Source of the DNA: a virus
Lineage: Duplodnaviria; Caudoviricetes
Direction: 5' to 3' (one strand)
IMG/VR virus record: IMGVR_UViG_3300020045_000175
Span: 1-42,605 of that record
Length of the DNA: 42,605 nt
Part shown: in pieces, positions 36,100-42,605 of the stretch
Numbering within the stretch: position 1 is the stretch's first letter
Layout of the letters: each line of letters starts with the position of its first letter
Notes under the pieces: model-generated
Database searches by the model: none
What the model was told of the DNA's origin: nothing
The model's input: only the letters and a program-made list of their open reading frames with translations
Program-made: the position numbers and the translations under genes

Positions 36100-36285
36100 T
36101 TATCGACGACTCTTTAGGTCATCAATTGTTGCGATGATTCGATTAGCTTGTTGTACTCCAAGTTTTCCACGCAACCAAGCATCTGATGATTGTTTCTCTT
36201 GAAACGTTCGATCATCTCTGCCATTGGACAAACGCTGTGATACATAAGCAGATGTAGCCTGGTTATGATTAAGACCTTCAAACAT
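36100..36285 (-). CDS. Hypothetical protein
   Basis: GGAG SD; first gene after promoter copy 3. Confidence 0.6.
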   Translation of the reverse strand: MFEGLNHNQATSAYVSQRLSNGRDDRTFQEKQSSDAWLRGKLGVQQANRIIATIDDLKSRR

Positions 36286-36306
36286 ACAATTTCTCCAGTG
36301 GGAACA

Positions 36307-36339
36307 TGCTATTACTCCAGTTCTGTGAACTTCTCGACA
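36307..36339 (-). promoter_or_regulatory. Candidate phage sigma-dependent promoter (copy 3), upstream of replication operon
   Basis: TGTCGA-N18-GTAATAGCA overlapping the ATP-grasp stop. Confidence 0.6.
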
Positions 36340-37052
36340 TATTTATCGAGAGTTGTACCAAATAAACCTGGAGCAGTGTTGATTTCAAGCACATAGAACT
36401 TATTCTGACGTGCGTTGTAAATCATATCCACTGCACCAAAGTCTAAGCCAAGGGTTTGAATGGCCTCAATAGCCATCTCTTTAGCTACATCAGGCAACTC
36501 AATGTCTTGGTTGGCATAGATGAAACCATTCGCATGATTACGTACTTGCCAATTAACATTGTCGTCTGGTACATCTAATGCACGAGCCTTACGTTGGATG
36601 AAGAATACATCGAAGTCGAATACGTGTAGACGATACTCTTGTTCTTTTTTAATGTACTTAACATACAGCTTGGCATCATCACTAAGCAAGTCATCAAACT
36701 CAACTAAACGAATACCCTCACCACTATGACCAGTGAGAGTATGACGCTCTACAATAGTGATGCCACTGTTCAACCATTCCTGAGCTTCAACACGGTCTGT
36801 TGTATAGTCAGGGATTGGTACGATTTGGTCTAAAGCCATGAAAGTCTTTAGCTTGTTAGCGGCAATAGCTACTGAGTCAGGATGATTGTAGATACCTACA
36901 TTGTGTGCATACTCACGATTAATCTTGGATGAACCCCAATTAATGAACGTGTCAGCTATCATCTTCCCTTCAGGCTTGAGTCGCTTAACACCTAACGCTT
37001 GAGCCAGAGCTTTCGCTGACTGGCTTGCCATTTTATATGGATAGATTTTCAT
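36312..37052 (-). CDS. ATP-grasp ligase (phiEco32-type)
   Basis: INWG, NKL.TF, GHSGEGI, EYRLHV, VRNHANG, LGLDFGAVD, VLEINTAPG; ATG 37052. Confidence 0.88.
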   Translation of the reverse strand: MKIYPYKMASQSAKALAQALGVKRLKPEGKMIADTFINWGSSKINREYAHNVGIYNHPDSVAIAANKLKTFMALDQIVPIPDYTTDRVEAQEWLNSGITIVERHTLTGHSGEGIRLVEFDDLLSDDAKLYVKYIKKEQEYRLHVFDFDVFFIQRKARALDVPDDNVNWQVRNHANGFIYANQDIELPDVAKEMAIEAIQTLGLDFGAVDMIYNARQNKFYVLEINTAPGLFGTTLDKYVEKFTELE

Positions 37053-37053
37053 A

Positions 37054-38202
37054 TTACAAAGCTCCTGCATTATCAACCATAATGTCATCATAAATCACAC
37101 GTACTGGATTGGCACCACGACGACCAATGGCACGAATTGCCATAGCTTCTCCTTCTCGACGAATAGCCTCTCGTCGTTGATCAGCTCTAACTTTCTCGGC
37201 TATAATAGCATCCCAGTTGATTGGATTATTTACCAACTGATCAGGACGAGGGGCAGGGATGCGAGGTTCAGGGACTTTAACAGCACGACGTAGCTCTCGT
37301 GCCTCGTCTTGCTGACGTACCATCTCTTCAATCTCAAGCTTCTGACGCTCTAAGCGTTCCTTACGATCTTGAAGGATAGCCTCATCCATAGCTGAGTTAT
37401 CTGTAAAGTTGTAAGGCAACTCAAGAGTGAGTGAGAAGCTGCTACGCATATCCATCTCCATCTCTGGATATGTAAACGCTGGAGATACATCACCCAATAC
37501 AATCTCTGCGAATTCCTCAGGGGTACTGTTAACAAACAAGTCATGGATAACTTGAGGGTTAGCATGTTCTTTAGCGAATGAACGTAGGTTGTCCAATGCT
37601 TGCAACCATGTAGTGATGTAGTCAACATCCATGTTACCCTTGAGTGAACGGAACTCAAGACTGCCATACTTAGATGTAGCGGCTACGTTGATGGAGGCAT
37701 AACGTACAGCGTCACCGTGGATGTGTTTCAATGCACCATGACCTTGACGGAACAGCATGAACAGATAATCCATTAAGCCCTCTGCATCTTGTAAACGCAG
37801 ACAGAAACGATTACCTACACGTTCCTTACCACAATAACGAACCAATGGTTCCTCTAGCAACAGGTATGTGTAAATCATGTTCAGATACTGATTGAATGTC
37901 AGTTGCTGTACGTTGACGTGAACGTGTACACTGGTACGGAATGAGAAGTTAAGACGAGCATTAGCCTCATCCTGTGCCTTACGTAATTGCGTAACAGCGT
38001 CAATAGCTTTCTGCAATTCCAAAGGCTTACGCAATACATACTCAGCTGCCTCATCAGGGAAGCGACCACGCAATGAACCATCGTTCTCAATCTTCCACTG
38101 AGCAGGGACAGCATCAGTAAGGTTCTTACCTTCTGTCTCAATCTCAATACCGAATGAACCGTTAGTTGGCTTTTGCTGCAATAGTTCGTGTAGTTTTGTC
38201 AT
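37054..38202 (-). CDS. Putative amidoligase (glutamine synthetase-like fold)
   Basis: FGIEIETE, DGSLR, EYVL, SVHVHVN, RYASIN, SLEFR. Confidence 0.88.
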   Translation of the reverse strand: MTKLHELLQQKPTNGSFGIEIETEGKNLTDAVPAQWKIENDGSLRGRFPDEAAEYVLRKPLELQKAIDAVTQLRKAQDEANARLNFSFRTSVHVHVNVQQLTFNQYLNMIYTYLLLEEPLVRYCGKERVGNRFCLRLQDAEGLMDYLFMLFRQGHGALKHIHGDAVRYASINVAATSKYGSLEFRSLKGNMDVDYITTWLQALDNLRSFAKEHANPQVIHDLFVNSTPEEFAEIVLGDVSPAFTYPEMEMDMRSSFSLTLELPYNFTDNSAMDEAILQDRKERLERQKLEIEEMVRQQDEARELRRAVKVPEPRIPAPRPDQLVNNPINWDAIIAEKVRADQRREAIRREGEAMAIRAIGRRGANPVRVIYDDIMVDNAGAL

Positions 38203-38788
38203 AGTTAGAGATTACCAATGTATCAAGATGGGTGTATTGTGGGTTAAATACAATACGCTTAGTCGTAGACATACGTGGTGGGATGTTACCCACATGAGTA
38301 GTCTTGTGGTAGATACGACGCTCAGAGTCAACAGCAAACTGTTTATGGAATGCTACAACACCCTTATGCTCCGTAACGATGCGTAAAGCCTCAGCAAGCG
38401 TAGGATATTCGTTATCCAATGCCTTGGCCCAACCCTTCGTATTCATGCGGTATACGAGGTTATAGTCACGCTCTGCTGACTTACGATCAGTAAAGGGCAT
38501 AGAGTGGAGCTTAACATTACCACGATTCAAACCTACTTGGAAGCGTCGCACAGGTTGACGAGTGACAAACACACAGTGAGTACCCTCGTTAACAAAGCCG
38601 ATACGTGCCAATGGAGGGCCGAATAGGTCAGCATCGAACTTAGCCTTAGCACTTTTACCATGACGGAGCATGATGAATGTGACATTAAGCTCACGGTCAA
38701 TGTCTGTTACACGTACAGGGGAACCCTTATACGTACAAATGGTATCGTGATACAGTTGTACCACATCACCGTGACTCATCTCAGCCAT
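38162..38788 (-). CDS. Hypothetical protein within ligase cluster
   Basis: ATG 38788 with GAGG SD; RIGFVN...RQPVRRFQVGL. Confidence 0.7.
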   Translation of the reverse strand: MAEMSHGDVVQLYHDTICTYKGSPVRVTDIDRELNVTFIMLRHGKSAKAKFDADLFGPPLARIGFVNEGTHCVFVTRQPVRRFQVGLNRGNVKLHSMPFTDRKSAERDYNLVYRMNTKGWAKALDNEYPTLAEALRIVTEHKGVVAFHKQFAVDSERRIYHKTTHVGNIPPRMSTTKRIVFNPQYTHLDTLVISNYDKTTRTIAAKAN

Positions 38789-39572
38789 AACACACCTCAA
38801 TATTCTCAGCTTGGATAATCTTATTGGCAGCTTTCTTGTCGCCAGTATTGATGATCTCTTGAATGTCACCATACTTGTCAGCAAGATTGTTGCCAGCCAT
38901 TAACTCGTTCATACCTTTGACAGTATTACGATACACCCAACGCATCAATGCCTCACTCTTGAGCCAAGCATTAGACAGGGTACGATACTCAGTGCCATAA
39001 GGCTTGTAACGACAGCAACCCGCCTTACCATACATCTCACGACGTTCTTGGTCAGAATCATACGCTAGGCTTGGGAGGCCAAGGTAGAAATCCATTTGAC
39101 GGATTGCTGCATTACACTGAGCAATGTGTGCAGGGTCATTAACATCCATACCCTTAGTCCAGCCAATATGTACGTGACCTGATGCAGTACGCATAGGACG
39201 TTCACCATTAGGCTTATTGTTAACAAGGCCATTCCAGCCGTTAAAGTCAGGGTCACAGCCAAGCTCGAGAGCAGCTGCTGGTTGACTCTTGATGTACGCT
39301 GGGTCGAAGTGAGCCACAGGTACAGCTACAACCTCGTAGTCTGGAACCATCAGCTTCATAGTATTGAACACGTCTTGTACGTTAATACAGAACTCATCCT
39401 CGCTATGAGCAGGGTCAATGTTAAACTCCAGTGCCATACCATCTACCTGTACAGCACCACGATTAACCTTTTGTGGGTTTGCCTTGTCACCTTTGATAAG
39501 ACCAAAGGCAGACTTGAACACACCATCTTGTTTCACAAATACTTCTGGGTCGCAACCAACTAAAATTTCCAT
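38781..39572 (-). CDS. phiEco32-like COOH-NH2 ligase type 2
   Basis: GCDPEVF, DGMALEFNI, GCDPDFN, RTASGHVHIG, RREMYGKAG, KPYGTEYRTLSN. Confidence 0.9.
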   Translation of the reverse strand: MEILVGCDPEVFVKQDGVFKSAFGLIKGDKANPQKVNRGAVQVDGMALEFNIDPAHSEDEFCINVQDVFNTMKLMVPDYEVVAVPVAHFDPAYIKSQPAAALELGCDPDFNGWNGLVNNKPNGERPMRTASGHVHIGWTKGMDVNDPAHIAQCNAAIRQMDFYLGLPSLAYDSDQERREMYGKAGCCRYKPYGTEYRTLSNAWLKSEALMRWVYRNTVKGMNELMAGNNLADKYGDIQEIINTGDKKAANKIIQAENIEVCYG

Positions 39573-39595
39573 GTTAACACCTCGTTGAAAATAAA

Positions 39596-40969
39596 TTAAG
39601 CAATAGCCTGTACGTGTTTCTTGATACTAACGTATTCGTTAATCTCAGTATCCGTCAAGCATCCTGCACACAAACACTGACCTTCAGTTGTCAAAGCGTG
39701 TTCCATTGTAGGTTGTACGGGAGAGCCGCACCACGCACAATCACCGTATTGATTCATCCAGTCATTGAAGCCGATCATTGCACCAGTATGTGTCTCGTAT
39801 GTACGATCAACTACTGGGTCAAAATCTTCTTCGATAGTCGCGCCTACTGGGTCATTCTCAAACTCAACAGACGACGCAATAACCTTATAATATCCACCTT
39901 CATGGGCATCAATCATAAGTTCACCAATGTCAGCCGTGATTGTCATGCCAACCTTCTTATGTGGAGCTACATCACGTTTGTTGTAATAGTAACGCACCTT
40001 AGAAGACGGACTAGCCGAATCAAAGCAGACATAATAACACCCACCCTTACGATCAGAGGCAAGCTCTAACAGCTCAAGCGTGGCTCCCTTTGTACCCGAG
40101 TAGCCTGTTCGCAAGGTTAGAGAGGTTGTTGCGGGCACCACCCCGTCCTTTTTTGATACAACAGATGTAATCTGAGTAACCTTAGCAGGCTCAGCCTTAG
40201 CCGCTTCATCTTGCCAGTACCCATTAGCACGGTTCTGATAACCCTGATATGTCTGAACAACAGGAGCAACATAGCGTGATGGTGCCTGAATAATCTTAGT
40301 CTTCTCAAGCTTAGCATCAGCACCGATGTGGATTGAATAGTGATTGTCCTCACCAATCAATACAGGTGTTGGATGCTTGATGTTATGACGACCAAGCACA
40401 CCCTCTAACATCCATGCTTCTGATGCCCAGAACACGACAGTGTTAGCCTCGTTGAACGTGACATACAAGGGGCGTTCCTTGTTACGCAAGAAGTTGATTG
40501 TCTCTTTCTCCTTGTCCCACCAAGTCATTGCCCATGCACCCCCCATCAAGGCTAGTGCTTCTTTAAGACCATGTGTATCAATGTGATTATACATTGCTTC
40601 ACTGTCAGTAGCAAAGTGAGTAGAGTGGTCAAACTTGTACTTGGTTGTAAGCGTACCGTTATGAGCACCCACCAGAGTAGTGAAGTCGAAAGGATGTGCA
40701 GCCCCACGATTGACACCACCAACAGTAGCCCAACGATTATGTCCAATGATGCAACGATTAGACCCGTGAAAGAGTTTGTCATAAGATTTACGATCAATCA
40801 GTTCATAGGGATTACCTAGTTCTTTAGCAATCTTAACCTCACCATTACGAGGAAGAACAGCAACACCAGTGCTGTCTGTACCACGCAACGAATCAACAAT
40901 CAGCAGTTGATGAAATGCTTTTTCTTCGGTATTTGTTAGGTTACCAGCCATTCCGACGAGACCACAAAT
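39596..40969 (-). CDS. Class II (Ntn) glutamine amidotransferase, probable ATT start
   Basis: Upstream in-frame ATT-TGT-GGT-CTC-GTC-GGA gives (M)CGLVG; RGTDSTG, GHNRWAT, HPF, HNGT, TDSE, ERPL motifs. Confidence 0.88.
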   Translation of the reverse strand: MCGLVGMAGNLTNTEEKAFHQLLIVDSLRGTDSTGVAVLPRNGEVKIAKELGNPYELIDRKSYDKLFHGSNRCIIGHNRWATVGGVNRGAAHPFDFTTLVGAHNGTLTTKYKFDHSTHFATDSEAMYNHIDTHGLKEALALMGGAWAMTWWDKEKETINFLRNKERPLYVTFNEANTVVFWASEAWMLEGVLGRHNIKHPTPVLIGEDNHYSIHIGADAKLEKTKIIQAPSRYVAPVVQTYQGYQNRANGYWQDEAAKAEPAKVTQITSVVSKKDGVVPATTSLTLRTGYSGTKGATLELLELASDRKGGCYYVCFDSASPSSKVRYYYNKRDVAPHKKVGMTITADIGELMIDAHEGGYYKVIASSVEFENDPVGATIEEDFDPVVDRTYETHTGAMIGFNDWMNQYGDCAWCGSPVQPTMEHALTTEGQCLCAGCLTDTEINEYVSIKKHVQAIA

Positions 40970-40987
40970 GATAAATTCTCCAGATTC

Positions 40988-41455
40988 CTAACGACCAAGG
41001 AACTTTCCTTCATCGTTATAAACGTTGCAATTAATGTCGCTAACTCTACGGATATCAATACCCACAATGTCAGCAATCTCTCGATGAGCCAAGAATTTAG
41101 TAGCAAGTAATGCTTTTACTTTAGCTACTACATCTTTAGTTATAACTTTGTAACTACGATTACGATCTACCCTGTCTTTAATATTGTCAATATTAGTACC
41201 AACAATAAGGTGGAGAGGGTTGATACATTTAATGTTGTCACAAGTATGACGAACTACAAGGCCATGATTATCCTTTCCAGTATAGAGTTGATTAACTAAC
41301 CTGTGTATTTTAACATTGTTAGCCATACGAGGATAACCGTCTGTGTTAAAACACCTAGTCCATTCCATACATTCACCGTTGGGTGTGGTGCAGGAGAGTA
41401 AGTCGGTTAATTTCTGTTCATCAGTAACAGAGTGTTTAGATATAATGCGCTTCAT
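40988..41455 (-). CDS. HNH homing endonuclease with C-terminal HTH
   Basis: CMEWT...GYP...HRL...VVRHTCDNIKCINPLHL..GT...N..D; AT-rich; start 41455 preferred over 41530. Confidence 0.88.
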   Translation of the reverse strand: MKRIISKHSVTDEQKLTDLLSCTTPNGECMEWTRCFNTDGYPRMANNVKIHRLVNQLYTGKDNHGLVVRHTCDNIKCINPLHLIVGTNIDNIKDRVDRNRSYKVITKDVVAKVKALLATKFLAHREIADIVGIDIRRVSDINCNVYNDEGKFLGR

Positions 41456-41481
41456 AATATGTGTGGTTGGTTTAATAACAC

Positions 41482-41514
41482 ATACTATACTAGGAATTAC
41501 ACCATATCTCGACA
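41482..41514 (-). promoter_or_regulatory. Candidate phage sigma-dependent promoter (copy 4)
   Basis: TGTCGA-N18-GTATAGTAT upstream of the HNH gene. Confidence 0.6.
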
Positions 41515-41519
41515 CATAA

Positions 41520-42212
41520 TTATGCTCCAATCAATTCGTGAAATGCGTCAATCGCTTCTTCTGTCAGGATGGGGCCAGAGTTAGCCTCAATTATGACACA
41601 ATCATTCTTTGTCTGTGCAAGCACATCAAAGCCTACATAGTCGATACTTAATGCTCGAGCTGCCCTGATACAAATTGCATCCATGTGTTCAAAGCCACGC
41701 TTATCACGCAACTCTAAGTCCCATGTACCATCTCGCTCAACCTTACGGTAACGGCCTACAACCTTACCGCAAAGAACAACAACACGATACTCACCACGAT
41801 GAGGGTAATACTCAGTATAAAGATAGGCATTAGGGATAGGTTTATCCTCATAACGATACCAGTACTCGATACCTTCGTTTTTACGACCATCAAGTTTGGT
41901 ATGACATACCACAGTGTCCCAATGGTTTTCAACTAGAGGACTAAAGTCAGGAACAAAGATACGTGCTTTGGATAGAGCCTCTAACGTAACCAGCTTATTA
42001 ATACACTTACGAACAGCGTATGGTTCATTGAACACATTAGCATTTGCGTTGGTAACAATATTGGTAGAAAACCCGTAGTTAATAACTAATGCGTATTCTT
42101 TGAATACCAAACGACCTGTCTGATATGGATTTTCGTATTTAGCACCTAGCTCAACAGCTAGACGCTTAGGACTATCCTCAGCGGCTTTAGGGGAAATGAC
42201 AAGAATTTTCAT
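41520..42212 (-). CDS. Second ATP-grasp ligase (RimK-like)
   Basis: INYG, NKL.TL, EYRVVV, LSIDYVGFDV, IIEANSGP. Confidence 0.82.
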   Translation of the reverse strand: MKILVISPKAAEDSPKRLAVELGAKYENPYQTGRLVFKEYALVINYGFSTNIVTNANANVFNEPYAVRKCINKLVTLEALSKARIFVPDFSPLVENHWDTVVCHTKLDGRKNEGIEYWYRYEDKPIPNAYLYTEYYPHRGEYRVVVLCGKVVGRYRKVERDGTWDLELRDKRGFEHMDAICIRAARALSIDYVGFDVLAQTKNDCVIIEANSGPILTEEAIDAFHELIGA

Positions 42213-42236
42213 ATGTCTCTCGATTGAATTAAAGGA

Positions 42237-42452
42237 TTACGGATTGATCCAGTTCTTTACGGTGACGTATGCCTTTTCGGTTTTAAGAACGGATTCAAGA
42301 CGAAGAACACGAATTGTTGCGTTATTCTTAAGCTGATCACCCAGTCTATTAGCTTCTTGGATGGCCTCTGCTTCAGTGTCATGCTCAAAAACAGGAGCAT
42401 AAGCACCATCAACAGAAACCATGTACGTATAGTTTACTTTTTTCTTAGTCAT
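42237..42452 (-). CDS. Hypothetical protein
   Basis: P.FEHDTEAEAIQEANRL motif seen in small phage proteins. Confidence 0.65.
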   Translation of the reverse strand: MTKKKVNYTYMVSVDGAYAPVFEHDTEAEAIQEANRLGDQLKNNATIRVLRLESVLKTEKAYVTVKNWINP

Positions 42453-42603
42453 TGTGTTTTGCTTTCATAGGGATGTACATTGTATTCAATGTCTCAAATG
42501 AACCGTCGTCATAGACTTCCATGACTTGTGATGTACGAACTTGTGCCTCACCCAATATAGGATGATTGAGAGCGTACACACTAGCCACTTGAACATCCTT
42601 CTT
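42445..42603 (-). CDS. Hypothetical protein, 5' end outside window
   Basis: Open frame KKDVQVASVYALNHPILGEAQVRTSQV...FETLNTMYIP to TAA at 42445. Confidence 0.65.
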   Translation of the reverse strand, partial: KKDVQVASVYALNHPILGEAQVRTSQVMEVYDDGSFETLNTMYIPMKAKHND

Positions 42604-42605
42604 GT

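Noticed and set aside
41456-41530. Listed 41530 start for the HNH gene
   Set aside because: The extra 25 codons span the promoter motif and the orphan ATG-TGT; 41455 fits better, though it lacks a clear SD
1-42605. CRISPR array or alternative genetic code
   Set aside because: No regularly spaced repeats seen; long genes read intact in the standard code and all three stop codons are used

Overview
The window is most of a lytic podovirus genome whose gene content and two-arm layout resemble PA11/CW02/ICP2-type Zobellviridae (inferred from protein motifs and synteny; no database search run). The + strand arm (1-23423) carries a tail fibre (truncated by the window edge), lysis genes, terminase, portal, tRNA-Gly, scaffold, major capsid, tail tubular proteins, internal virion proteins and PhoH. 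It meets the - strand arm (23470-42605) at a bidirectional terminator. The - arm carries class II ribonucleotide reductase, glutaredoxin, ThyX, nucleotide hydrolases, exonuclease, SSB, family A DNA polymerase, an ECF-type sigma factor, primase-helicase and a phiEco32-type amide-ligase cluster (two ATP-grasp enzymes, amidoligase, COOH-NH2 ligase, class II glutamine amidotransferase). Most notable: (1) two homing-endonuclease insertions sit exactly at gene starts, leaving the downstream genes with ATA/ATT starts behind a new Shine-Dalgarno; (2) a four-copy motif TGTCGA-N18-GTA at gene boundaries, a candidate promoter for the phage sigma factor; (3) paired E710Q/Y766F-equivalent changes at the polymerase steric gate; (4) an AT-rich hairpin with a GNA triloop upstream of the tRNA. 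Several short real-looking genes missing from the ORF track were added.
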